This document shows, in pieces, positions 26,899 to 41,804 of a stretch of DNA of 64,000 bases. The number at the start of each line of letters is the position of its first letter. Within the stretch, counting starts at the first letter, position 1. The notes beneath the pieces are model-generated. The model was not told the DNA's origin and made no database searches. It saw nothing but the letters and a program-made list of their open reading frames with translations. This DNA is from Alloascoidea hylecoeti (lineage: Eukaryota), in contig BCKZ01000015.1 in the NCBI GenBank assembly GCA_001600815.1, forward strand, positions 62,001 to 126,000, read 5' to 3'. The position numbers and the translations under genes were made by a program.

Positions 26899-27870
26899 AT
26901 GTCTACAACTTCAAAACCATCGAAACAGTCGTTTACAAATAAGACATTCAAGGCATACAAATGTTGGTCTTTGTTTAAATTTACTCCTTCAAAGATAGGG
27001 AAATATACAAAAACATTGTCGACGTTATTGGCGCAAAGTTTTGTCGATTCTAGCTCATATCTAACTGGTGTTGCATATAAAGATTCAAATGGAATGCAAA
27101 TAGATGGAGATTGGAAGATGATAAGAGATGCTTTAGATATTAGTTGGACGACTTCCAATATAACGATAAAAAATATGTTGGGAGGTGAAAATGAAAGATA
27201 TTCGGTTCATACCATAAAGGTATCTTTTGGAAATACCCAAAGACAAATAATACATCTCATTACAAAGCCAAGTAATGATAGTAATAGAAATGGAAATGGA
27301 AATGGAAATAAAGATATTAGAAAAAATAGATTTAAAACATTATTGTTATCAAGATGTAATCCACAAATTCAATCGGCTTTTATAAGATGGTTAAGTTTTA
27401 AGTTCGATACGCCAGTGAAACCGATAATCTTCAAATCAGATTTCATAAAGTCCACGCTTGGAGATTACATAAAATCACAAACTTTTTCAGAAACAAATGG
27501 AAACCCCGTTAATGTTGGCAATGTAGGGATTAATTTTTCTGTGGATACACTTGGAAACAATTTACAAACGATAGCATTAGATATCCAAGGTTCTGATATA
27601 ACAAATTTTATAATAGCGGGGGAAAAAGACTTCTTCGTAGGATTTTATGAATATCTTCAAACCTACACGGGTATTGACTTTCATCAATTGAATATGGCAA
27701 GGATTCACTGTAATTGGATTTTCATATCAAATGAAGGAAGATTAAAATTATCAAGCAATCTTGAACTGGGAGTTGAAGAAGAGGAAGGAAATGAAGGTAG
27801 CAACGATAAAAATTATAAGATAACGATATGGCAAATTTTGCATCGGATATATACCTCGTTTGCAAATTAA
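26899..27870 (+). CDS. Kinetochore CENP-L/Fta1 family protein
   Basis: LLLSRCNPQIQSAFIRWLSFKFDTPVKP and C-terminal YLQTYTGIDF..LNMARIHCNWIFISNEGRLKL resemble CENP-L/Fta1 blocks as I recall them; length fits. Confidence 0.65.
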   Translation: MSTTSKPSKQSFTNKTFKAYKCWSLFKFTPSKIGKYTKTLSTLLAQSFVDSSSYLTGVAYKDSNGMQIDGDWKMIRDALDISWTTSNITIKNMLGGENERYSVHTIKVSFGNTQRQIIHLITKPSNDSNRNGNGNGNKDIRKNRFKTLLLSRCNPQIQSAFIRWLSFKFDTPVKPIIFKSDFIKSTLGDYIKSQTFSETNGNPVNVGNVGINFSVDTLGNNLQTIALDIQGSDITNFIIAGEKDFFVGFYEYLQTYTGIDFHQLNMARIHCNWIFISNEGRLKLSSNLELGVEEEEGNEGSNDKNYKITIWQILHRIYTSFAN

Positions 27871-28426
27871 ATGGTTAGATTCATTTTTTAATGTTGGAGG
27901 AAAGTACGCGTGTTAAGTAGTCATCATGCTGGTGGTGAACATTTGGATCAATTGACAGAAATAGGATTACATTTGCAATTGAACGATTTGAGTCCAGTGA
28001 TAATCCCTTTTATCCGTCCAATATTCTTTAGCACATCAAAGTTGTTGTTGAAGACTGACAGATGACTATAAAATATAATACTATATATGCATATACTCAC
28101 ACCTTGGGGGTAGCTAGTATCATTTCGTGTCAATTGAAATTATTCGGTTTCAACATGTTTCCTTTTAAAGCGTTATACTAAGTAATAGGATAAATATCAA
28201 TGTTAGAGTTTTAGAGTTTTTAATATATCAATCAACGTTAATCTCATAGTGCCAGATACAAGCTTAGCTTATTATATATATATAGTACACAATGTTGCAC
28301 GGTTTAAACTTCTTTTGAGATAAAGCTATGAGTCGAAAATTTCACTATTATACGTGCCGTGTGGCTCTAATATAAATAAATATTTAAAAAGATACCGTAT
28401 TCTTTTTTTTCTTTTCACCCTCCACC

Positions 28427-31400
28427 ATGAACGAAACCAATTCTTGTGCTCCATGGGTGCTTGACGATTTTTCTACCTGCTTCAGGCAGAGGTAAGTTCC
28501 CCAGCATCTCTACTACATACATCTACATACATATCTTCAAAACTAACAACCATATAAAACTGACAGGTATTTGGAAACCTGTGCCCCCATCTTTATCATT
28601 ACAACAACCACAATCATATTATTTGCTCATCTCTCTGCATATAGAAAAAAGAATAGATCGGTGATCCTTTCTGGTGCTGAAAACGATCAACTTCGATCCG
28701 AAGTACAACAACTGCTTCATCCCGAGGAAGTTGAGGATGAAGATAACGTATCGAAAAGTTCAAAAACGAAAGTAACCGTTCAATCATTCCCTGTATCCTC
28801 CTCTTATGGATCTATTAGCTCTCTAAGAATTGAGGATCCAGATGTTATTAAGTATTCTCATTATGATTTGGCATTTGTGCAAGAAAAGAATAAGATTAAG
28901 CAAACACACGTTGAAGTCTACTACAGATCTACTTACGATCGCGTTGCATTTGCATCGGAGTTGTTTTGGCTCAGCTTACAAACCATCTTCACGGTATTTA
29001 CATATTTCAATAATTATGAAAAGCCTTCCTCTCCTTCGTTACTTGCTCAATTGGTATTATGGACCTTGTTGCTTTCTCTTGGGGCCGCAAGATTAAAATT
29101 TTCAAAAGAAATCGTGTCAGGAAAACTCCCAACTTTCTGGCTCTACTCTGTAATCATCTACGGTGCTTTACTTCCACTATACGCCATCTTATTAAGATCG
29201 AACCTCCTAAGACATACCCCAAAGGGCCTTTATTCATACTACAATGTCACTTTCACTGTTGTTGTCCTTGTTGTTATAGCAACATATACAGTCAATGTTG
29301 GTGATAAACCCAATTTAGTTTTGGTTGATGAAAATGTAATCCCATCTCCAGAAGGAAATTGTTCTTTGTTTTCACTCTTGTCGTTTTCATGGTTCACTCC
29401 TTTATTAAAGCAAGGACACGAGAAATCTTTAACCATAAAAGATGTTTGGGATACCGTTGAAAATGATCAGCCATTCTATATTGGTCTTAAATTTCAAGAA
29501 TTTCACAGAAAATCAAAATTATTATTCAGGTTAGCTAAATTCTTCTATAGTTCTTTATTACTTCAAACTATTCTTTCACTTATTAGTACGGTTTTACAAT
29601 TTTCTCCTGCTGTTCTTTTGAATATATTGCTGAAAAATATTGAAGATCCAACAAGATATCCAACATCAGTCAATTGGTTGTTGATAAGCTTGATGTTTGC
29701 CTCTACCGTTGCTAGTAGTCTAGTTGAAGGTCAATTAAATTTCCTTGGAAGAAGGTTTGCAATGAGATTAAAATCCCTTCTTATCGGTGAAGTTTACTCC
29801 AAATCTTTAAGATTGAAATTACTAAGCAATGAAAAGAATGATGAAAATAGTGAAGAAAAAGATGAAGATGAAATATCTGTTGGTAAAATCATTAACTTGA
29901 TGTCTAATGATACGTTTGAAGTAGGTGAATTGGGAGCAATGATTTTCACCTTCGTTTCATGTCTTTTGAAAGCTCTCATTGCAGTGGTTTTACTATATGG
30001 CTTATTAGGATGGTGTGCTTTTGTTGGCGCTATTTCAATGGTAACCGTAATGCCATTTATATTTTTGCTTTACACTAAAATTAATAAAATCTTTTTTAGT
30101 TATATGGGGATTAGAGATAAAAGACAGGATGCAATTAATGAATTATTAAAGTCTGTCCGTTTAATTAAATTTTTTGCCTGGGAAAGTAAATTTGTTGAAA
30201 AGGTTATGATATTAAGAAACAGAGAAGTTAGGGAATATCAAAAGCTTCTCTTATTATTTGTCCCAACTAACTTCTTAATGCAATTATCTTCTTCTTTAAA
30301 TTCTTTGATTTCATTTGGTTGTTTTGTATTTATTAGCAAGCAAAGGCTGACTATTCCAATTGCTTTTACTTCCTTGTCTTTTTTTTCTTTATTGGAACAA
30401 CCATTAATGCGAATTTCTGGTAATTTATCTGATGTTATGGATGGAAAGGTATCACTTGATCGTCTCACTGGATTTTTTGATCAATTGGAAACCGGTCGTT
30501 TTAGTCAATTGAGTAAAAAAAGGGAAATTGACTCACCATTAGTTGGATTTCAAAATGCTTCTTTAACTTGGAACAAGGAGAAAAACGATGCTTTCAAATT
30601 AAAAAATTTGAATATTGAATTCAAAGAAGGTATGTTGAATCTAATCACTGGTGCAACTGGTAGTGGTAAAACAGCATTATTATTAGGTCTTTTAGGCGAA
30701 TTGGATCTTCTTGAAGGAGGCGTATTTCTACCATGCATTCAACCCGCGGAAATACTCACACCAGATGTAGATGGGTATACTGAATCTGTTGGTTACTGTG
30801 CCCAAACACCCTGGTTAACAAATTCTTCAATTAAAAAAAGTATCTTATTCGGAGCTCCCTATAATGAAAATAGATATAATGCTGTTTTAAAAGCTTGTTC
30901 TTTAACGCGTGATTTGGGAATTTTACCTGATGGTGATGAAACAGAAATAGGTGATAGAGGAATTATTTTATCAGGTGGTCAAAAACAAAGAATTTCACTT
31001 GCCCGTGCAATTTATTCAACTGCTAGATATATTTTATTAGATGATTGTCTTAGTGCTGTTGATTCTAGTACTGCTGTTACGATTTATGAGAATGCAATTT
31101 GTGGTCCTTTAATGAAAAATAGAACAGTCCTGTTGGTATCGCATAATATTTCGTTGACACTGCAGAAGGCAAATTGGGTTGTTATATTGGATAATGGTAA
31201 GGTGAAAGGTCAGGGTATACCATTAGATTTGGTAACACAAGGACTTTTGAGTGCTGACCAAGTTAATAATAATGATCCAGAATCTCAGAAACAAACAACG
31301 GAAAATATTGAATCTTTGGAACATGTGGATGAAGCTGATGGTGATTCTGGATCCAAAGAACCGAAAATAGGTCTTGTTAAGGATGAAGAAAAAAATACAG

Positions 31401-33427
31401 GACGTGTTTCTATAGATGTTTACAAGAATTATATTTTAAGTTACAGATCTTATCATTACGTTGCTGTGGTAGTAGTCTTACTTTTCGCAATTAGAGCCAC
31501 TAATGTTTTGGAGTCCTTTTGGGTTAGGGAATGGGTAACCAATTCTGAAAAAGAACCAAAAGATGTTCTTATCAACGTTAAAAATATTGATAAAACGTTA
31601 AACTCCGTCAGTCATTTAACTTCATCTGCTATCTATTTGGCATGGAGCAGAATTTCTACTTTTGGGTATCATTTAAGTTCTATATTTTATTTGGTACCAG
31701 CTGAATCTGATGAAATGAAAGTTGAAGGGTTTATTCACAATAACCATGGCTCTTTATTTTATCTGTTAATCTACAGTGGAATTGGCATGGCTGGCAGTCT
31801 ATTTGGAGGTTTGAGTATGATGTGCTTATCTTTTGCATCCTTCGACACATCATCATTGTTGTTCAAGCAGTTGTTGGAAAAGATTTTACATGCTAAAATT
31901 CGGTTTTTTGATTCCACACCAATTGGTCGTATCACTAATAGATTTTCTAAGGATGTAGGTGCTCTGGATAATGTTTCCAATACAATGCATACATTTTTAA
32001 GTAGTATCATGTCCTGTATTACAATATTGGTTATGGTTACCTGCATTACCCCTTACTTTCTCGGAGCTGCAATCGTTATCGGTACTGGATACTATTATAT
32101 TGGTTCATTTTTTATGGTCACATCCAGAGAATTAAAAAGAATCTATTCAACTACAAATTCACCTATTTATCAACATTATAGTGAAACTTTAGCTGGTATT
32201 TACACTATTAGAGCGTTTGGCGATGAAAGAAGATTTGTTAGAGATAACTTAGAGAGACTTCATATAAATAACCGAGCTACATTCTATTTGGGTGTTTCTA
32301 ATAGATGGTTATCAATTAGAATTAATTTTCTTGGTGCACTTGTTGTTTTCACTGCTGGTGTATTGGTGGTTATGAATATTAAAGTAATTGATGCTGGTCT
32401 GGCTGGCATTTCAATTACGTATGCTATTGGATTTAGTGATCAAGCTATGATGTTGGTTAATATTATCGCTGGAATGGAGATTTCTATGAATTCGGTTGAA
32501 CGTATCTTTGAATATTTAGGTATAGAACAAGAAGCCGCTTATGAAATTCCAGAAATGAAACCTCAACCATCATGGCCAGAAAAGGGTGAAATTGAAGTAA
32601 CGGATCTTAGTCTAAAATACGATAAGAAATCCCCTCTAGTTATAAAAAATGTTTCTTTCCACGTTAAACCGACTTCTAAAGTAGGTATTGTTGGTCGTAC
32701 TGGTGCTGGTAAATCCACAATCATAACTGCGTTCTTTAGATTCATCGAACCAGAAACTGGCACTATCGTTATTGATGGCCAAGATATTTCGAAGATTGGA
32801 TTGCAAGATTTGAGAAGAGCTATTACCATTATTCCTCAAGACCCTACATTGTTTTCCGGAACTATTCGATCTAATATTGATCCATTTGACGAGTATTCAG
32901 ATGATGCTATTTTCGAAGTCCTCAAAAGAGTGAGTTTAATTGATGAACTTCCCAAGCCCGTTGAGATACTCGTTGATATAGATAATGAGATCCCAGCTAC
33001 ATCCCAAACACCTTTATCGACAGAAAATATTAATCAATTTATGGACCTTAAGAACAAGCTTACTGATGGGGGTGAAAATTTATCACAAGGTCAAAGACAA
33101 TTATTATGTCTTGCAAGATCTCTACTTAAATCTCCTAAGGTCATATTATTAGATGAGGCAACAGCATCGATTGATTATGAAACAGATGCCAAGATACAAA
33201 AGGTCATCAGAACTGAATTTTCCAATAGTACAATTATGACCATTGCTCATAGATTGGCCTCGATTATCGATTATGATATGATTTTGGTTATGGATCAAGG
33301 TGAAGTCGTTGAGTATGAAAATCCTTACACATTGATAACCGATGAGAATTCTCTGTTTAGGAACCTTTGTGAAAAGAGTGGCGAACTTGATAAACTTATC
33401 ACTCTAGCGGAACAAGCACAAGTTTGA
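28427..33427 (+). CDS. YBT1: ABCC/MRP transporter, Ybt1/Vmr1-like; 2 exons (28427-28491, 28567-33427)
   Basis: Intron 28492-28566 (GTAAGT..ACTAAC..CAG) adds N-terminal WVLDDFSTCFRQRYLE. Two NBDs: GATGSGKT/LSGGQKQRI and GRTGAGKS/LSQGQRQL. Paralog identity uncertain. Confidence 0.8.
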
Positions 33428-36400
33428 TTCATTTTTGGATCTTAATATTAATATCTACTCTATACATTAGAACACAGCTTGCTGCGATTTTTTATTTTTT
33501 ATTTTTTATAACCAACTTGATATATACGTGATATTTTTTATTACAGCTATAACTTATTTATAAACCCAATTACTATTGCCTGTTATGTATTACATAGATA
33601 TAAATATATAATTTCTCTTTCAATTTCAGCAATAGTCACGGTGGTGGCAGCCTAATTTGTTTTTACATATGAGCTTTCCCCGGCACCCTATTTTGAACTT
33701 GGCACCAACCACCAACAACATTATAAGATTTTTAAAGATGACACAGCAGCTAGATAAATACTAAAATAGAAAATATAGACCTTTTCCGGGTAGAATACCC
33801 ATTCCGCTACTTTTGAGTTTGGGTATCCGTAAACCCTTTTCTTATAAATAGTGTATGGTTTTCTACTTATAATAAATCATTCCTTTCATTTTATTCTGAC
33901 GAGTTTCAGCCTTTGACTTCTTAACTAGTTATATGTAAATGTGTTCATTTCTAGACTATGCATACCAGTATAAGTTTATTCTTAGTTTTTGTGTGTATGC
34001 AATGTAGGTTATCCACTACCATATAAAGTAACTATGCATATTTGCAGAGCCAAATACGGTGAAATTGAAGATTCGCTGACTGTTCATGAAATTCATGAAT
34101 GAACGGATAAATTAGATGAAAGATTGATACATGTACAGTATTGTAATGCGCATTATAATATGCTACCTATAATATTAAAAAGTTGATTAATCGATCAACT
34201 ATATGATTTGGGAGATATCAATAACGCTCTGATCAGAAATGAAGTCATGTATTTTTCAACATTAACACTATTACAAATTATTTTTTTCAGCTAGCCTATA
34301 CCGGTATATAGTATGTAGTGATACACATGACTTAAATTGATCTCTTCTAGGGCCTATAGAAAATTATCAGGACACCAATACATAACTATCTAGTTATACA
34401 GTTAAATAGTTAGTTAGAAATAAGCTTGAGCTCTGAAGAGATTGTAATTGGGTGGAACACTCTTGTTTGATTATAATTATAAGTAAAGCTTTAATCTTAG
34501 TCGGAATAACTTATAATATATATGATGGGTGGGGTGATATGAGCATGAGAGTAGGGAACTAATAAGGTGTTAAAATTTAAACCCCTAAGCTTTGTAGAAG
34601 ATCTGCACTTTAAACTTATTCATTAGGTCAAGATCATATTTAGAGATATGGTATAGTTCTTTCTTATAGCTATAAAAAACAATTGATCTGAACAACCAAT
34701 CCAAGTTCCCGATTGCAAGCGACATTATATCGAATACAGACTATATAGTTGCGAGTATATCTCTGGTTTGATTGAACTTTAATACTTTTCTTATTTCAGT
34801 AATCTTTCTTTGGTGTTAGCTAGAAATCTATGAAAAGTTCAAGTTTAGATAATCAATATTTGTATAAACATATAAAAATGTGAATATCTTTTCGTTTTAA
34901 ACGTTTAATGCAGTTCCAGTTGATAGATCGATGTATAAAAAGATGGTGTTGTTGAATTGAAGCAAATATTACTTCTATTTTTACATGTATAACTCAATTA
35001 CGAAATAAGTAATTTTCATCGTATGAATAGCATTTTATCTATTTACAATTACTGGGCTTTTCCCAATCCATATATATATGTATATATGATCGTGCATATG
35101 ACATTGTATGGAGTGAGTGCAATGGTCGACACCTCTTATAATTAGACCTGGTTTATGTGACGTTATAGATGGATTATGAAACAACTCATGAAATATTTTA
35201 ATTTTCAATACCAAAGTGGAGATTTCTAATAACTATATTATAGAAATATGGTTCATAACAAAAACGTTGTAATTAATGTCAACAGATCGCAAATATCACG
35301 ACATTCACACATCACAATGTTACAAGCTTCTATTTTTTAAATCGGTAATGGTCACAATTGTACTCTTAATTATATAGCCTACAGTTAAATATAATTATAA
35401 TAGGTTCACTTATTTGAAACTTCTATTTTATCACCCTTTATAATAAATTAATTAATTAACCTTTTGCCGTTAACGTTTACAGAGAATTTATATATCCATA
35501 TTATATAATAGAAGCTCTCTATAATACAAGAAAAATTATAAAGTTAAACTGAGTTTCTCGATACTATCTCGCATAAAGTCAAACAAAGCAAACATTCTAA
35601 TATGTTTCAATTTTCTAAGACCAATTGAAATCCGATATTAATCCGTGACCGTGCGGATAATAATATAAGCTTACTTACCTATTCATTTATGTAATAGCAT
35701 GATTTTGTGAATCTATCTACCGGTTTTATAACATTTAGGTATATTTTGGTACGAACAACGAAGGTCTCGGGATCAATTATAAAAATGGTAGTCATATGCA
35801 CACATGGGTTCCATGATTTAATCATACTAGCTCCACATCATCATATGTATCATATTGATACACATATCATTCATTTCGACTGATTCTTAACATATAATCA
35901 TGGTTTTTAAACTCTGGTAAGTACATGGTTAGTTGTTTGAAGAAGAAATATAACTTATACCTATAAAACTGTGGCCATATATAAGTTAAGGATAGCTGAA
36001 TATTCGTTATAACTTTTACTTATTGATCATATGAACTTGTAGTCAAATTCAAAATATACAATCATAATTATCATACATGTGTATTTATTACGAGATTAAT
36101 TACGTACTTATTAATATTTGGTTCCTACGTACTACGTACTACGATAACATATGGTTTCTATTTTCTTTTAAGGTTTATTTAAATCTCTAATAATAATTAT
36201 AAGCTTCTAATTTTAATTACATTTATTTATTATATATTTTTTAAAAAAGGGAGGAGAAAACAAAATTTGGGTTCCTCTATCTAACATTATATGTAAATAT
36301 TTATACTCGTCGTGTCTTGCAGTTGTGATAAGGACCAACAAATATTAATATTTATTGGTTTAGATCATTAATATAATATCACTTATAGATCAAATTTTGA

Positions 36401-39400
36401 ATATATAGCTAGCGCTATATATAAAATAATAGTAATTAATAGAATTAATGATTAATGAGTTACATGTATAATATTGTATATAGGCTATATAATTGTAAGT
36501 ATATAATTAATTGACTTTTGTGTTATTTAAAGTTAATTCACCAATTGCAATTAATATTGGAATTTAGAACCTCAATATATATATTGCTAGCTTACAGCAA
36601 CAGCACTAACCATCATCAAGTATAATAGTTTTTCATGCAATTAATTGCAAAGTCTATTATACATATGCATTGAAAGTCCATATATTTTCTGGAATTTCTG
36701 CTATTAAACTAGCTAGGATATTATCTTCAAGGGGATCTAGAAGCTTAAGTATATGCAGCTATGCTTCTCTTCAATATTTAATTACAACCACAATTTGTGA
36801 TAGAATTAATCAACATTGATTTAACAGTGAGTTGCAAGATAAATATAGGGACTAGCCATATAAAGTAAAGATATAAGTTTTTATATTCTGTTTTATTGGC
36901 ATTTAGAGCTGTCTAGCTACGGTTATGGGAGTGGTTATAATTATAATTATAAGCTAGCCTACGGTTATAGGTATATAGCGCTATAGCTATAGCTAGCTAT
37001 AGTATTAGATATATTTATATAGTATACTTATATATACATGTATATAGCATAGCTACAAATGGACCTAATCTTGGATAATTTGACGATGTATACATAATTA
37101 TAATTATAATCAATATTATATTATTGTGCAGGTAAACAAGAATTAATAGATACTTCTCTTTATAATTTACGTTAGCCGTTCATAGAGGCAAAATTATTAA
37201 CGTTAAAACCATACTTTTCTCACTACCGCGGTAGTTTATAATATAGGTTAGATTCTTCAACTTATAATATTAGCCTTATATTATAGTTTTGCTATAGTTC
37301 CTATAATATATATTAAGGCCTAATCCATAGAGATCCAATACAAGTGTTAATGGATGATGCGTTCAAATTTATAAGAATAGCTAGGATATTAATATTAATA
37401 TTTATCTTTGCAGTTTAATAGACTTCCATATATTACCCATTAAGTTATATATATTATAGCTATAGCTAGTGCTACCGTAATAGAATCTAATAGAACAATT
37501 ATTAGCGCAATAAGATTTATTCACAGAAAATCTCGCATAAATATATTTATAGATGGAGTAGATAAGGAATCTAAAACATTAAGACTTAGAATAGCAAAAT
37601 TTTTGCATTAACTAAAAGGTGAAAATTTTATAAAAATAATATATATTACTGATATAATATATAAGGGCCTTATAACTACTGTAACTAATTCCGAAACTGT
37701 TAACGTTAACATAGATATATACTATTTTGGTTATATTGATACCCGATTATGGTATGAATCCCGAAATATTATTCTCTTACAATTGCAATTAATTTTAAGC
37801 TTTGCACCATTAATACTATATTACTTCTCTATATCTAAATTTGTGAGCATCATAAATATTTACCAGCTTAGATTTAGCCAATTATAAAATCTCGATTGTG
37901 AACTTATAATTAAGCATAAGCTTGAATATCTAACTCCGCAATTTTTAATTAATTTTTAATCACTGGATTAAATCATTTATAGGCCAATATTATAAGAGGA
38001 AGCTTTTGACAACTAATTTCAGCTAAAGATCGGCTTGTTTATAGCAGTCAATATATATTATATAGTATATACTTATATAATTAAGATTGCCAAAATTAAT
38101 ACGTATTTACCGGATGAAATGAAAAATAAGCTTAAAAATAGATTATGTGAAGTGTACAATCCCAGAAAATGGAAAAATACCGTCATCGGACGGGGAAGTT
38201 TGCTAGCTTTTTTTCTTTTTTTGCTTGATATCAATGAAATTTATACCTAATTGAGCTTAAATCTATATAACTAAATTGTTTTCTGTGGCTTGCAACATGA
38301 GAAAGGTGTTAATGGTATAACTAGGAATATTATTGTCCAATAGTTGGAGTAATATAGAATAATATTTTATATTAATAGTATAATATCTATAACATTGGAA
38401 TTTTATAATAACCATTAATATTAAAAGCCATTACAACAGACATATTTTCTAACTGGTATTATTTTTAGTAATAGATATTGGATCTAGAATCGATGCCTTG
38501 GATATATTATATGCGATGGACCACGCCCGTTTTTTATTTTAGATATTAATATTAATGATAGCTTCAGAGACGTTGTTTATAGCTGTATATATTTCGTAAA
38601 TTAACATGAAAACAAGATTTCTACAGCTAGCTAAATGCATTTATAATTATAAGAATTATACTTTAAATTGTGACATACTAGTATAACATATATTTGTAAG
38701 GATATTTGAATCCACCTTATACAACATATAACATATGTATAGGGCCTGAAAAATATCAGTCAAATCAAAATTTAAACATATAAGAAATCTTAAGTAGTTG
38801 CCCAAAAAATTCACATCTCTTATTTGATAATAAATATTATATGATGTGTAGACAACTCTCCATCAAAAGGGTTAAGATACATTTCATGTCTCATGTCGCA
38901 TAACAGGGTAATAATCAGTATTGGTCATGACAAATAGGCAATGGCCATGTACTATAACCGCAACCCATATGTAGATTCTTGACATGAATCATAAATTGAA
39001 AATATATTGTATGCGTATCAACCATATATTTAAATGTCAATGATTTCAATTTCGACCGATTCAACTTTCTGAATTTTCAAAAAGTCATAATTGGTAACGA
39101 AATCCATTGTTATGTAGAGTGTCTTTATCTAGTAAAGTTTCAGCAGTAAATTGAAGTTATTTGAATTATCAATGGCAATCTTTGATTTATTTATGTTTAT
39201 GGAGTTGTACGATCGGGTTGGACATATTAAATTACAATGATCTCAAGATATATCTAAACTTCGCTTTTAATTCGAATTTTCTATATGAGATATCGATACT
39301 TACGATTTAGAAACACAAAGATAATGCTCCCCAAAGATTAAGAGTAATAGAGTATAGCTACATAAATTTGACCATGGAACTTTAACCAACCTAGCTCGGC

Positions 39401-39536
39401 TAAGTTAAGCTCAACACTACCTTTTGATACATTCTGTGCATCGACGTTAATTATTATATTATAACAGATAAAACATGGTACAAGTTAGGAGCTATTGCAG
39501 TTGGGTCGTTAAACCCTAATACTCGACGATTTACTC

Positions 39537-39591
39537 GTTATGTTATGTTATGTTATGTTACGTTATGTTATGTTATGTTATGTTATGTTAC
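39537..39591. repeat. (GTTAT)n microsatellite, 11 units
   Basis: Direct reading; two units are GTTAC. Confidence 0.95.
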
Positions 39592-41804
39592 AAAAAGTCT
39601 CTCCAACACTTTGATTACTTCTTGTAACATAATAATTCCCGTATCTATAATGCAGGAATCAATTGCAACTACCCCATTTTGGAAAATAAATAGCTCTTAT
39701 TGTATACAATGGATATATAATATTCTATAATTATAAAAGATTACTCTAATGATAGTATTTAACGTATTTGATACTAATTTTTTCTTTAGAGCTAGTCCAG
39801 TTCCTGTGAAGCTAGGATTTTGCTACTGATACAGATGCGCTCTATATTAATTATTATTGTTATTGTAATCGTGTAAATCATAGGTTGATCTTTCCTCGAC
39901 ATATAGAACATTTTTGAGTGAATTTTAATATTATTAGATCGATATACCGATATTTTCATTTATATAATTACAAGAAATTTAAAATAAGCTCTACTACTGC
40001 AGAAATAAGCAAAACGCAATTAAATAATGATATACTACAATATTAATTGGCGATTATGAATAATTTATGATGTCAATTAATTCTGTAAGAGGTTGAGGTT
40101 GGTTTCAAGCATATTGATGAACGTGTCTCATTGAGAATAGATGTACTATACGTAAATGCAATTATATATAAACTTATAGCTAGCTGGGTAGGTTCATTCA
40201 TATTTTATATTGCATGTGCGAGGAAACCCCAAAACAAAATCCAAACAAAAAATATGTTCAAGAATCTAACTTGATGCCAGAAACAGGTTAAAACAATTAT
40301 AATTCATAACTAATAGAAATATATATTAATAATAGCAAAGCAATTACAGGGGGAGCTATCATATTATATATATAATATATATTATTAATAGAACTAAATA
40401 TGAATTTGATGTTCTACCACTCTAATGATCTGGGCCTCCAGGTCAACAGACAAAAAACAAACTTATCCGATTAATATTACAAGAAGGTGTAGGAGTAAAC
40501 TCAAGGCATCTGAAAAGAATGTTTTGACTTCCTAATGTGTGTAGCACGTATATGCTACATTTATATAATATATCCATACCATGGCCATATGGATCACAAA
40601 ATAAGGAGTACTTAATGCAAGAGTAGCGATATATTAAATTATTTCCAGGAGAAGAAAAATAATCATAATTACTTGAGTATTATAATAAATCGTATTTTTT
40701 CTATATTTTTATATAAAGAAGCTTTTACTATTTTAATTCTATTATCCTTAAAGCTGAATCGGGCAACATGTAGATGTTGAAGTTGTTGTCCATAAACTTA
40801 GAAGAGTAAAAAACTCTTGCAATCAATGAGTATACCTGTAAAATAGAAGTGACTTATAATTATCAGATAACCCCAATACAACCCCAACGCCCTGAAAGCA
40901 TTAATATTTCAAACATGCCTTACCCGAAATGGACAAAATAGAAGTTTGATACACGTGAATTAGGAACGCTAACGCTGTGCTCGGTTATATATAATTATAT
41001 TTTTGTTATATAGAATAATTTGTTCTGTTGCGTCTTCTTTTCAAATCTTGACATTTAACTTCACATTGAAGTGATAATTATACATGCTCTCACAATCGAT
41101 ATGATTGTGGTTATTATTTGCTGTATATGAAAAATTCACAAATTCACATTAAAATATGTAATCTTTAAACCAAAATACCAATATTCTTTGCTTTACCTAC
41201 GGAAAAGATTTTTCTTAGAGTTTTCTAGACTGGTAGTAGCAGATATAATTAATATAATAGTAAATGGCATGTAGATAGCTAGCTGAACAAATATTTAATA
41301 TTATGTCCCAGATACAGCATGACCTTCCTCCCGTAAAATACATGGGGATCGCTGCTCTATTTTTTATGCTCTGCAGTTACATAGTTAAAAATTAGCCCAA
41401 TTATAATTCTGCACTATGAAAATAGACGGTTGAAGTCATTATAATATTTTCATTTTAGATTGGCAGTTGGCTTTCGAACATTTTGTTTGCGATCTGCTTT
41501 GTTTTCTATACCCATGAGCAAAAATAGTTATAAGCCGATTGCAAGTAATGTAGTCCTCCACTGGTCTACATTTAAATCTGGAGAAATATATGTATATATA
41601 TTGATCCAAATCCGTCCCTTCTCCAATTTTAATCAAGTTCTTCTTCTCTCTATTTATTGGAAACAATAAGCAATTCTTACTAGTATATATCCTTAGGACA
41701 AATAAGAAAATAATCCCTTAAGATATTTCTTTGTCTACTATCACAACTAATTGGTGCAATTATCAAAACTTTAAATTTACACACAACCTTAAGTTATAAC
41801 TACC

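Noticed and set aside
27900..28140. 61-aa minus ORF and a possible 35-nt GTGAGT..TAG intron
   Set aside because: No branch point, intron shorter than all others here, product unrecognisable.
39545..39730. 61-aa ORF MLCYVTLCYV..
   Set aside because: Translation of the (GTTAT)n microsatellite.
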